63,323 nucleotides of DNA from Gekko japonicus. Taxonomy: Eukaryota. Below are positions 50,501-62,162 of this stretch, piece after piece. Numbering within the stretch: position 1 is the first letter of the stretch; each line of letters opens with the position of its first letter. The translations under genes and the position numbers were made by a program. The stretch spans positions 2,775,343-2,838,665 of the forward strand of contig NW_015168044.1 in the NCBI RefSeq assembly GCF_001447785.1, given 5' to 3'. The notes under the pieces were generated by a model. That model worked only from the letters and a program-made list of their open reading frames with translations. It did no database searches and was not told the DNA's origin.

Positions 50501-52749
50501 CCCGGCATGGAGGCAGCTTTGAAAGTTTTGGGGCGGGGGGGAAGAGTAAAAAAGACTTTGCCTGACTCCAAAAGGTAATAGAATCAGTGCCAGGGAAATA
50601 GATGTGGGGAGACCACCTACAGTCAAGGTGCCACAACAGAGAAGGCCCTGTTTCTTAGAAAACAACAACCAATATCACTCTAGAAGGTGGGGTTGCATAG
50701 AATGGAACTTCTGATAGTTACTTCAGTATTGATGGGCCTCATGGGAGTAGATAGTCTTTTATAAGCTCTGTTGTTATTATTCCCTCAAGCTCCAGTAAAA
50801 TTGCAGCCACTATGGCAAGCTTTTGGTTCCAGGTCAGGCAGTACTCTGGTTCAAATCTTCTCTGTAAAGGTCACCTGGCACTTTTCAAGACCAGCCTCAC
50901 CCCTCACCCCCAACTTGATACTTTCCTGCCATCACAGAAGGTGGATTACAAAGGATAAGGCAATGCACTAAAAACAGGTGATACCTACAAATAATAAGTG
51001 CAGTGGATTACAATCCTGTTCCATCTAAAACAAAAAAGTGCCCCCTGTTGGTGCCACCACCATTTTCATGCTTCTTTAGGAGTTTTTAAAAGGAGGTAGG
51101 TGAGGGGAAATTGATAAAGATATCTTAGCCACATCAACTAACATTGATATAAGGGGAAATCGTCTAAAATTAATGATTAGATGGCATTATACTCCTGTTA
51201 AATTAGTGTCTCTGAACAATGTTGATGATGCCTTCAGGAGAAAGGCTCGTTCTACCATATAAATGCTCTTCCACCAGGCCAGCTCTTCCACCAGGCCTTC
51301 GACTAGGAGCCACCACCAATAACATCAATTATAGTAGTAACATCAATTAACATTAACTGAACTGGAGAATACGGACTAACTATGCCAGATGCCGATGGGG
51401 GCCATTTTTTGGGAACATCTATCATAGCCACCGGGTTGTTATTGTCTCCAGCACTTAATTTTCATTTTATTCTATTTTATTGTTGAGCTATGCTTGTCAT
51501 GTTTGTGTTTTAATGTGGTTTTAACCCTTATCGTAAACTGCCCTGAGCATGCCTGTGGCGGGGAGGGTGAGATAAAAATTGAATAAAATAAATAAAATAG
51601 TTCTGAGAGAGACCATATATAAAGTGTTAAGTGAAATCATAGCCCACAGAGTGGAACGCTCATCATTTTAAATTTTATTTGGCCAAATGGAGCACTCATT
51701 AGATTAGCTGTATGGTCACAACTTAAGAAATTTGATGGTGGCTGCAAGGTTGCGATTGCAGGTCATTGGAAGCAATAGACGACACCATCTATCGAAATCT
51801 GGCTGAGGAAACATTGGTTAGCTATGGTGATGGAGAAAACTGCAGAGTGTAAGCAATTAAGGGAAGGAAACATAAGTGCAGTCAGTACAAAGATGGTCTC
51901 TGTTCATAAATTATTGGAACAGAATTAAACCTGAAGAACAGACCAAGCTTGTGATTCTTAGTAGTATATGAAGGAATTGTTCAGAGTAAACATGGTAATT
52001 TACTTATTTACTAATTAATTAGATTATAAATTGATTTAAGCTTTTATTAAGAAGGTGATACATGTTGTATTGTATACATTTATACTGTTCAAATGTTTTT
52101 CTTTTCATTTTTGATAGCCACACTTTGTGTGTAGAAGATTGCTATTTGATTTGATTATGTTATTGAGCTTTGTCTTTTTCTCTTTGTAAACTATTGTTAT
52201 TTAACAAAACTAAAAAATAAAAGGAGAAACAGGCAGGGGGCAGTGGAAGAACCAGGAGAAAGACTGATCACTGTCACTGTATGCTGTAGGGGACAGGCTA
52301 TGCTAAAAGCATATATTTTCCTCCAGATTCTGATTATGTGGATGTATTTCTAATAATTAGTCATATGAAGTAGTCTTCACAGCAGGGTAACCTTGATAAA
52401 CATGTGTGACCCTCTTGGGACTCCATACCAGAAGACAAGAGTAAGAGTCCCATAGCACCTTAATACTAACAAAATTTGTAGTCGGTATCAGTTTTCCTGA
52501 ATCAGATGCTCCATAGTTATACAGTAGGTGATTCCATCACCACCACCTCTTTGATGACATAGTCCTCATAGGTACCTTTTTCTTTAGCTGTATCCTTTGC
52601 TTTCGAGTGGGGTCCAGGACATCTGATACCCACTTTATGCTGAAATATGTGGCAGCTCCAAAGACAGTCAGGCGGAGAAGGACAGCAAACACTTCATTTT
52701 GAGTCAGTGGTCGGGTTAGGAGGTCCTTGGAAATTTCCCCTAGCAACAT
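41472..52749 (-). CDS. atad1a: ATAD1/Msp1-family outer-membrane AAA+ dislocase, atad1a-like paralog; 9 coding exons, 1146 nt, 381 aa
   Basis: Exons (minus) 52576-52749, 49747-49845, 49331-49451, 47888-48088, 45837-45943, 44962-45051, 43909-43959, 42928-43103 and 41472-41598 all have GT-AG boundaries and join in frame. N-terminal TM, Walker A GPPGCGKT, pore loop KWYG, Walker B IIFIDEID, and [18 protein letters not shown] are present. Confidence 0.93.
42928..43103 (-). CDS. atad1a: atad1a-like coding exon 8
   Basis: [58 protein letters not shown]. Confidence 0.92.
43909..43959 (-). CDS. atad1a: atad1a-like coding exon 7
   Basis: [17 protein letters not shown]; CAG acceptor, GTGAGT donor. Confidence 0.9.
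44962..45051 (-). CDS. atad1a: atad1a-like coding exon 6
   Basis: [30 protein letters not shown]; CAG acceptor, GTAAGT donor. Confidence 0.93.
45837..45943 (-). CDS. atad1a: atad1a-like coding exon 5
   Basis: (D)[35 protein letters not shown]; not in the ORF track, read by hand. Confidence 0.93.
47888..48088 (-). CDS. atad1a: atad1a-like coding exon 4 (Walker A and B)
   Basis: (G)[66 protein letters not shown]. Confidence 0.95.
48263..48304 (-). ncRNA. Minimal type-I hammerhead ribozyme motif in a Penelope-derived remnant
   Basis: Minus strand GGUAU CUGAAGA G GUGAG cagtaa CUCAU GAAA GC UC AUACC: 5-bp stem I, intact core, 5-bp stem II, palindromic AGCU in place of stem III. Confidence 0.6.
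49331..49451 (-). CDS. atad1a: atad1a-like coding exon 3
   Basis: [40 protein letters not shown]. Confidence 0.93.
49747..49845 (-). CDS. atad1a: atad1a-like coding exon 2
   Basis: [33 protein letters not shown]; CAG acceptor, GTAAGA donor. Confidence 0.93.
51650..52222 (+). mobile_element. Degraded L1-type 3' end
   Basis: Fragmentary [20 protein letters not shown]...MEK, resembling the L1 ORF2 terminus, then a T-rich UTR and A-rich tail. Confidence 0.55.
52576..52749 (-). CDS. atad1a: atad1a-like coding exon 1 (TM anchor)
   Basis: [58 protein letters not shown]. Confidence 0.93.
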
Positions 52750-53504
52750 TGCTTAGGTATTTCTTGTCTTCAGACCAGAACTTGAACTAAATGCAAAGGG
52801 GAGGGGGCTGTTAAGTGAAAAAGGGACTTGAGAGACAATACTGAGGTGCCTGTGCTGGCATACAGCACTGTCGTAAAGATAAGAAGGCAATGAACGTATT
52901 CCACAAAGGAGACAGCGAACTAAAAATAGTGTAGTCATTGCTAACCTTTTATGCAGCAGAGTCCATTTCATAAAAAGAGTCCACTTCACAAAAGCTTAAG
53001 CAATAAAAATGTCTTTAGTCTAAAGTGACACAAAACTCCATTCTGGTTTTGTAACATCTCGAAGATTAAAATATTTATTGTAAAATAAGCTTTTGTGAGT
53101 CTGATGAGGTGGGTTCTGGCTCATATTAACTTATTAGGCTGCCCTGATTTTTGCTGTTTAGGGCACTAGAAGTTTCAATATGCACTGAGTTTTAAAACCT
53201 CATTATACAGATGGACAGCTTGTTCAATAGTATACCATGAAAACAGGTATCATAGACTAGAAGGCCCAAGCCAAATTGCAAGTCAAAACATGCCTGTAAT
53301 TGTTACAGCTTATACAAAATTTGCCTGCCTGTGGTAGACATGTTGTATTTCTTTTAGTGAAAGCATATAAGACATTGGCATTCTAAGGCAAGAAGAGAGT
53401 TGAGCATTTTCTTGTTTCCTTTCCAATGTATAGTTCTGCTCTTTGATTCTGTGGTTTCTGGAGAATTTTATTTTAAGAAAACAGTTTCTAATGCAACACA
53501 TTTC

Positions 53505-54410
53505 TAGGGATGGGCATGAACTGGAAAATGTGGTTTGTGATAGTTTGTGGTTTGTGGCATACCTCGTTCATGAGCTATGGACCACCATGAACTTTTACGT
53601 TGTGGTTTCTGGCATACCTGGTTCATGAGCTATGGACTACCATGAACTTTTACGGGCAAAATGAACCACTCTGGTTCATGGCACAGTAGAAAGCCTCTCC
53701 CCTGATATGCTAGAGACACCAAACTCACAGGGGATCTCCAGCTGACTCTCCTCTACCTGCCCTCCAAGTTTGGTGAGGATTGGATTTATGGGGTCTGAGT
53801 TATGGCCCTCCAAAGAAGGTGCCCCCATCCTCCATTGTTTCCAATGGAGGGGTGAAGCAAAAAACACCAAGGGCAATAGAAGCCCAGCAGAACAGAATCA
53901 AAGTCCCCAAGAACCTCTACAGTAGAAACTGAAAGTGGGGAGCATTTTTGCAAGCCCAGCAGAACCAGTGCCACTGTGGCAGTACAAACCCAAGGTCAAG
54001 TCAGAGAATTTCTGAAGTAGAAACTGAATGCCCAGCAGAACCCAGTGCCACTGGCATTGCAAGCTTAAAAGGACTGATCTCAAAGCACAGAGTCACAGCA
54101 AATCTAAGCAAGGGTGTAAAATCTGTGCAAGAAAATGGGAAGGGAACAGGAAGAAACCCAGAGAGTGTTTCCAAGGCTGGATAATTCCACACACCACTTT
54201 TGTTTGAAGTTTGATAAATATTTTCTTTGAGTGGAGACTGTCTGTTTGGAAATGTGTCCATCCACAAACTGGCATGAACCTCCATGAACTGCTTGAAAGT
54301 TTGTGGAAAGTTTGTGCCAGCTGACCTGCCATGAACTTCACGTCACAAACTACAAATAGGCTAACATTCTTCACAAACTAAATTCATGAGCCAGTTTGTG
54401 CCCATCCCTC
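53505..54410. mobile_element. Non-autonomous hAT element
   Basis: TAGGGATGGGCA...TGCCCATCCCTC TIRs; flanks CACATTTC and CATGTTTC (decayed 8-bp TSD); interior related to 18471-20421. Confidence 0.8.
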
Positions 54411-54475
54411 CATGTTTCTGTTCAGTAGGCATGTTCAGAAGATGATAGTGAGGCTATAAAGATATGTGTACGTAA

Positions 54476-54662
54476 ACTGCTGTCAAGTCACACCAGATTT
54501 ATGGTGACACTGTAGGGTTTTCAAGGCAAGAGACGCTCAGAGGTAGTTTGCCATGGCATACCTGTGTTGCAACCCTGGACTTCTTGGTGGTTTCCCATTC
54601 AAGGACTAACTAACCAGGGCTGACACTGATTAGCTTCCACGATCTGATGAGATTGGGCCAAT
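54476..54662 (-). mobile_element. Older 5S-derived SINE
   Basis: Reverse complement CCCAATCTCATCAGATCGTGGAAGCTAATCAG...CCTGGTTAGT...GGGAAACCACC resembles a 5S head. Confidence 0.65.
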
Positions 54663-55379
54663 CTGTCACAGCAAAACAAAAAAGAAACTTGTGGCACCTG
54701 GAAGATTAACAAATTAATTGTAGCAGTAGCTTCTGTGGACTTGAGCCCATTTAATCAGCATGAGATGTGTTTTCAGCTTGCAGATGCCTACACAATTGCC
54801 TGTGGGCAATTTTATTTCTCTATTCCCAGTGTGTGTATATAACTGCCAACTAAGGACCCGCTTCATGCATCTGAAGTGGGTCCATTAAAATTTATGCCAC
54901 AATAAATCTGTTAGTCTTTAAAGTGCCACAAGTCACTTTAAAAGAGTAGCTCATGTGAAAACAATTACTGAATAGACTATTGCTTTAGCACACAACTAAG
55001 TTATCTCCATTGCAATATCCCAGATGCATATGGTCTGATTTTGGTGGTTCAGTGCTAAAGAAAGAGAACATTGCACATGTTCTACAGCATTTTACTATTC
55101 CAGTATTCTACTATTCCTAAATCTTGGCTTTGAAACTGGGTTCTCAAACTAAGCCCCTGATGGTGTTTGGTTCAGATTAAGGGAGGAGTGCCTTGCTACA
55201 ACATGGCTCCCCCTCTGAAGCTACTGTCCTTGGGAATCTCTCTTTGAGTGATTGCAGCATGGAAGAGGAAGCAGATACATTGATGTTAACAATGCATGGG
55301 TGATTTTAGTACCCTTAAAAAGCTAGACTACTTCCCCTAAATACAATAAAATTATCACTGTGTCTTTAGAAGAAGGGGT

Positions 55380-55950
55380 ACGGTCAGGTTGTGGGTCTTT
55401 GCACGCAAGTTTCGTACAACCCAACATTTCCTTTGTGGCACCTTAAAGGCGACCAGATCTGTCGTGGGGTAAGCCTTCTCGGACAAGAGGTTCCTGCATC
55501 AGGTGCAGCAGGACCTGATTCTTCCCAGCACAAAGGAATTCCGATCACCTTCAAAGGGACAAACGCCCGCACCGTCGCCGGGGGTTGCTGATCGTGGTAC
55601 TGAATTGGCATGCAGCGACGCGCCAGGAAGGCACAGTTTTCTGCTACTCTTCCCTTAGAGAGGAAACGCTAGACAACTCACCCATTCAGCGCCGCAGCTC
55701 CATCCCCGACGCTCCAGCCGGGAAAACACCCCGTATAGAAACAAGAGCTGCGAGAAAATCTGTCCTCCCGGCTTTTTTTCTGCACGGTGCATTTTTGCAC
55801 AGAAGGTTTAAATCAGGTTTAAATTAGCACAAGGTTTATAAAACCAATGTAAACGGGTGAGAATGGATGTTGCTCCTGCATTCTAACAGAACAATGTCAT
55901 GATCATGGACGACAACGGCCGCGGCCAGATTAAACTGTGGCCGCCAGAGT
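55380..55950 (-). promoter_or_regulatory. atad1a: CpG-rich promoter and probable non-coding first exon of the atad1a-like gene
   Basis: CpG cluster about 3 kb upstream of the ATG; minus-strand donor TGG|GTGAGT at 55682/55681; acceptor TTTAG ahead of 52786. Confidence 0.6.
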
Positions 55951-58900
55951 AAGATTCCTGGGTCATAGCTGTCTGGTCTATATCCTGTTTGTTTATTCTT
56001 GGAGAATAAGTGCACCCAGGATGATAGATTATACTTGCAATAAAATTATTACTTTTTCATATTATGTATTTATTTATTTTATTTACAGCCCACTCTCCTG
56101 AAGACTGACTCAGAGTGGATAACAGCTCTCCTTATATATAATTGAGTAGTGGTCCCACAATGTTCTATGCACTCCAAAATCAGTTGACTCCATGATGTGT
56201 CAATCACAAGGTGTCTCTATCCACTGGCTGTGTTGCCTGAGTTCTCTCCCACCCACTGCAGCCTAGACCACTCTTCTCTGATTGGGCCAGCTTTTCAAGG
56301 TCATTTGCATATGGAAGCTGACGGGACTTCACTCCATTCCACACCTCAAACTCCCTTCCCCCCAGGAGACAGTTGGAACTGTCAGTTGCATATGGGACAT
56401 GTTGTATTCTGAGATAAAATATGTCCTCACTCACATCACTTCCCCTTCAAAAGAAACAAACCCTATAACACAATCATGCCACACCACAAAAAAGACAGAT
56501 CATACCACAAGCAGAATACCACAAGGCAAAAAATGATAGGAAAAGGTGCCAGCAGTCACCCCATTACTGCCACAGATATGTGGCAGTCAGGGCTTCAGAG
56601 CACGGTGAGGGCTGCTGGTGTGTGGGGGGAGATGGAAAGCTGATCAATGAGGGGGAAATGTAGGTTGATGCTTGGCTGGGAAGTAGATAGGGTTGCCAAC
56701 TCCAGATGGGAAAATCCTGGAGATTTGAGAGAGGGAGTCTGGAGAGGGTGAGGTTTGAGGAGGAGTGGGGCCTCAGACAGGTACAATGCAATAGACTCTG
56801 CCATCCAAACCAGCCATTCCGTAATGGGGAACCACTGTTGCCAATCTCCAGGTGGGGGCTGGAGGTCACTCAGAATTGCAACTGCTCTCCAGATGGCATT
56901 GATCTGTTCCCCTGGAGAAAATGGTGGACTCTGTGTCCTTATAACCTGCTTAGGTTGCCATGGCAAATTGATTCTGAGTGCCCATGGCCTTGGCACTCTC
57001 CCAGGGCCTCTTTCTAGCATTCATTGTATTTATTTCCACAATGGGCCTTATTCCTAGTCAGTTTATAGATATACAATTAAAATGTCCAAATATCAAATAA
57101 TTAATCAATAAATCTCCAGGCAACAGAAATCAGTTCACCTGGAGAAAATGGCTGCTTTGGAAAGTGGACTCTGTGGCATTATACCCCATTGAGGTCCCTC
57201 CCCTCCCCAACCCACCCTCCTGAGGCTCCACCCCCAAAATCCCCAGGTATTTCCAAACCCAGAGCTGGCAACTCTAGGTGGGAGGGCTCCTACGGTCATT
57301 TCCAACTGTTGAGTTTCTTTGTTGAGGGACTCACATTTTCCACAGTTCTCAAACTAGCCCCCACGTGTGAGGGACGTGGATAGACTGAGGAGATCCTGCT
57401 TCAGTCTTGGGTAAGGATGGCAACTTCACCTTGGAAAATTACCAGAGATTTAGAGATGTGCCTGGAGAGGATGGAGTCTTCAGAATGGTGGAGGCTCAGC
57501 AGGGAATTAATGCCATAGAGCTCACACTGAGAAGCTGCCGTTTCCTCCAGGCAGGGCCTTCCACAAGAGGAGGGAAGGGTATCCTTTACTGTGGCCCAGA
57601 TGTCCAGAGAAGCCTGATGGTGGCCCAAGGCTGTGATACGATGAGGGGAAAAACCTGAGGATAAACTGTAAATCAGGGGTCCCCAACATGGTGCCCAAGG
57701 GTTTTTAGAAAGTGAGCAGAGCCAGATGGGGCTTTTGCCCAGCAGGGCCATTGGAGAGTTGATTACATAGAAATTTAAAAGTTGATTCAGCATCAGCTGC
57801 ACCACAGCTGCATCTTTACTATGTTTGTATGCAAGAGTTTTTTTTAAATGTTAATAGTTGATTCAGCATCAGCTGCACCACAGCACAAGGATCTTTACTA
57901 TGTTTGTATGCAAGACTTTTTTAAAAAAATGTTAATTTTAAAAGGCATCATGTGAAACAGAGCTCCTGCCTGAAATATTGAAGAGTTGCTATTAGAGTTA
58001 TGCATAGCTTCACTTACTGAGATTTTGTCATAGGCTCTGCCTCTTGTGGAAGCCATTTTGTGGTTGCACCCACCACTCTGTCAGAATCCTAGTGGTGCCT
58101 TCAGGACTGAAAAGTAGGGTTGCCAACCTCTGGTGGTGGCTGGAGATCTCCCACTATTACAACTCCAGATGACAGAGATCAGTTCACCTGGAGAAAATGG
58201 CCTCTGTGGGAGTTGGGGTCTATGGCATTATGCTCTCAATCCTGTTCTCCTGAGACTCCGCCCCCAAAATCCCCAGGTATTTCCCAACCTGAAGCTGGTA
58301 ACCCTACTGAAAAGGTTGGGGAGTGCTGCTGTAGATCATGCCCAAGTGTATTTATAGAAACTTATTTCTCCATATTTATGTATCTAATGTTCAGATCTCT
58401 TGTGAGATCTGAAGCAGTGTTAACATCAGTTTCAAGCAACATTCTGAACAGCCCAGCCTGAGGCCCTTTTCTAGAATAAATAAAGTGTGCTTATACAGTT
58501 AAAGTAGGACTGTGCCAGCGAGACCGAAATACAGAGAGAGATTTGTTTTCTTCTATTTGGCATGGCATGTCATATCAAGAATTACAAATGCCAGTGTTCC
58601 CTGTGCATAGACAGGCGGGAGGGACACCTTGTGGGAAGGGCAAAGCAAAGCACTATAAGAGAGTGGGAGCAAGTGCTGCTGCTGCTTCTGATAGGATTTG
58701 CATGCCCAAAATTCATTTAAGTGTCTAATTCACTCACAGTCTCTCTCACTCTCCCCCATGCTGCCATGTCTGGTGATGGCTATAAATTTAGTGACCCCAG
58801 AATTACGAAACAGCTAGCAAACTTGTAGAACTCTCAGGCTGGGTGGTGGTATTATTAAAGAAGCAAAGGTGGGCATTTTTCAGAAATGTAGCTTACGTGA

Positions 58901-61467
58901 CAGTAATTTTGGAATTAAACTTTCTTTCTTTCTTTTTTTTTTGTGGATTAGATAGGATTGGAATTAAACTTTCTTCATGGCTCATGAGATTGTATGTGTG
59001 GGATGAGGGAATGTGGTGTCAGTGTGTGTGTGGGGGGGCATGTTATAAGTTTGTAGTAGTTTCCCTTGCTCGAAAACTGTTTCCTTCCCACTGAAGTTTG
59101 TAGTAGGCCTGAAAAAAAATGCTTGAGCTGTGCCTCCAGGGGAACTGATCTCTGCAGTCTAAAGATCAATGATAATTCCAGCAGAACTCCAGCCCCCACC
59201 TGGAGGTTGGCAACCTGAAGTCCTTGGTCACTCAGACCAACCTACCTCATAAAGTTGTTGTGAGAATAAAATGTGGGAGGGAGACCATATAGTAACTTGG
59301 AGCTCCTTTGAGGAAGGGTACAATACCCAGGTAATAAACATTTTGGTATTAGGGAAATTCAACTATTTTCTCTTTCTCAGCTAGCACATGCATTGTTTGT
59401 ATTTACGTAGCCTGTATAGAGCATTGTTATCATTATGGATGCCACTACAGACACTGTGGCAGAATTTGCAGGAAAAACTGGTGGTTCTCAAAATGTGGGT
59501 TGGATCCCCTGGTCGGTATACAAACTATGAGGGAGGGACAAGCTCCTGTCAGGTGGAGCCTTTTCCCCACCACTGACCAAGATGGTTTGAATGCCCTCAG
59601 TGAACTTGAACATGTGAAGAATACATGAGCACATGAAGTTACAGAATCAGACCTTTGATCCATCTAGGTTCGCCTTGTCTGCTCAGACTGGCAGCAGCTT
59701 TCCAGGGTCTTAAGCTGAGGTCCTTTAGCTCACCTACTACCTGATCCTTTTAACTGGAAAGAGCAGGGATTGAATTTGGTATCTGATACTGTCCCACTGA
59801 GCCACAGCATGTCCCAGAGATTTTCACCAGACCTTTCCCCCCTGAGTTTTAGGCACCAGCTCCAAAAGATATTATTTGTTTGACCATTTATAATTGAACG
59901 AAATCTTCTGCTGGTTGCTGTGTATTGGGGGGGGGTTAGTTAATGGTTCTGCTATTTGTTTCATTTATGCTCAATTGTGATTTTTGTTGCTTAGCTAAAG
60001 ATAAAACACATTTAAACAAATATATGCAATATGTTCTGCTGCTCTGAAGACTTAAATGGAATTAATAGATGAAAAAAAGGATCCAGATAAAGGGTGGGAT
60101 GGTGAGAGCTGGAAGAAAGTCCATAAGTGAGTCTAAGTTATCACATGTAAGGTGCCAGGCTCCTGAGGCTGCAGTCCAGGGTGGGCACACCCTCTAGCCT
60201 CCTTCCTCCAATCCACCCAAGGGTTGGGCCTCATTTTAAGCACAGAAGGGAGATTCAGCTACATCTTGAGTCACCTCTCTCTGCCTCTTGCCTTGTACCA
60301 GTCCTTCACTGCAAAATCATTACATAACCCTTCCCACACAGTGCACTCTGAGCCAGCCTAATAAAGGACTGTTGGGAGGTGGGCTGACTTTGAGCTCTGC
60401 CAATGTCCTCTCTTCAAGGCATAGTCTCCCTGTCTAGGCCCTCACCTCTCCTGATCTGCCCTCCCCTGAGGTTTTAAGAGGCTGCTCTGCCAGTCTACAC
60501 AGGACCTAGGAGGTCTAAGCCACTGCCAGCCTCCTTCTCTGGCCCATTCCTTGGTGCAGTCCACTGTCAGCATCCTGCCTTCCTTCTGAGGTGTGCATGG
60601 GGCCTGTTGGGCTCTGAGGCTGCTGCTGGCACATTTCTGCGTGTGGCCTTATCCTTGTATTTTTAACTGCTGGGGGGAAAAGGAAAAAAGAAAGGAAATA
60701 AGGAAAACAGAAGTGAAAGATGAAGGTGTCAAGAAAACTGGCCTTGTCTAGCCATTTCTTGGCCTTTCAAAATTTGATTCAGGCTTTTGGGTTACTGAAG
60801 ACTCCTCTGTGGGAAATTAATGTCACAATGACTTGTGGTTTCAACAGAGATAAGGGATGGGATGGAGGCAGGCACATGTGCAAGGGGGATCAAGGGCCTG
60901 GGAGCTTCAAGGCCAGAGACCCAGAGGGCATTTTGCACTCACATTCCATCGCATTATAGCAAGGAACCCTGGGCATGATTGAATGTACCAGCTGCAGAGA
61001 TGTGTGGACAAGTGTCTTAGCAGCACACCTAATTGGCTTGTTGGGCTGGAGACTTGGTCCTTTGGTCTTTCAGATGACAGTTAGCTTAGAGGGGCTGGTG
61101 ATGGCTTGTTACTCTAGGTGGTGAGAATTCACTCTCCAGTATTGTGTGTTTTGCTTTTTCACCCAAAGCCTTCTTGTGGGAAGGGGGATTTGACAGCAGA
61201 AAATGGTGATGAGGAGGAGATAGGATTGAGCAGGAGGGGTGGGCTGAGGAGGAAAAAGTGGAATTGGGAGGGGAAAGGCAATGCAGGTTCACAGAGGGGC
61301 CACTGGATGTGCCATCCTGCCTGGAACACTGATTTGCCCACCAGAAAATGCTGTGCCCTGCCTAGTGAGGAAGTTTGGCTACATTCCTGAGTTGTAGGAA
61401 GGGTAGCAAGTGACAAGGAGAAGGGCTGTCTCAACTAGAGCTGGTTGCTTCTTCTGTCTCTAATCTC

Positions 61468-61702
61468 AGTTTGGGTGGAGCCAGGGGTAAAGTTAGAGTG
61501 TTGGAGTAGGATCTGGGAAATCCAGTTTCAGACACCAATCCCCACTATATAACAGGAGTTTAACTTTGGGCCAGCCACACACTTTCAGCCTAACCTAACT
61601 TACAGGATTGTTGTCAGGGTAAAATGGAAGAGGGGAGAATGTTGTATGCTACACTGGGTCCCCACTGGGGATAAAAGTGGGATATAAATGATGTAAATAA
61701 AC
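61468..61702 (+). mobile_element. Degraded Squam3-like SINE
   Basis: AGTTTGGGTGGAG...GTTAGAGTGTTGG...CTTTGGGCCAGCCACAC...GGGATATAAATG. Confidence 0.55.
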
Positions 61703-62162
61703 AAACTTTGGCTTGAAAAATTCTTGGAGATTTAGGGGTGGCACCTGGGGAGGATGGAGTATGGGAAGAGGTGGGAGCTTAGTGGGGATGTGGTGTCATA
61801 GAATCTGCCCTCCAAAGCTGTCATTTCTTCCCAGGGAACTGATCTATGCAGTTGGTGATCAGATGGAATTCTGTGAGAACTCCAGCTCTGTCCCCCCCCC
61901 GCCCCCCGCTGGTAACTCTAGGCCAGGGGTGGCCAAATTGGGGCTTGGGAGCCACATGTGGCTCTTTCACACATATTGTGCGGCTCCTGGCAAGGCAGCT
62001 GGGGAAGTAAAGGAGAGGTATACTTTTTCTCCCTCCCATCTATTTGCTTTCTTTGTTTTTCTTTCTCTCTCTTTTGCCCTGCCTCCCCCTCCCCCATCTC
62101 TTTGCTTTGTTTGTTTCTCTTTCTTCCTTTCCACCTCTCTTTTACTCTCTCAAACAAATATC

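Noticed and set aside
56952-56967. Near-perfect RFX X-box GTTGCCATGGCAAA
   Set aside because: Coincides with the TAGGGTTGCCA/TGGCAAC termini of the local repeat family, so it is probably repeat-derived.
59411-59530. Possible plus-strand first coding exon MDATTDTVAEFAGKTGGSQN
   Set aside because: Short, no recognisable homolog and no downstream exons found.
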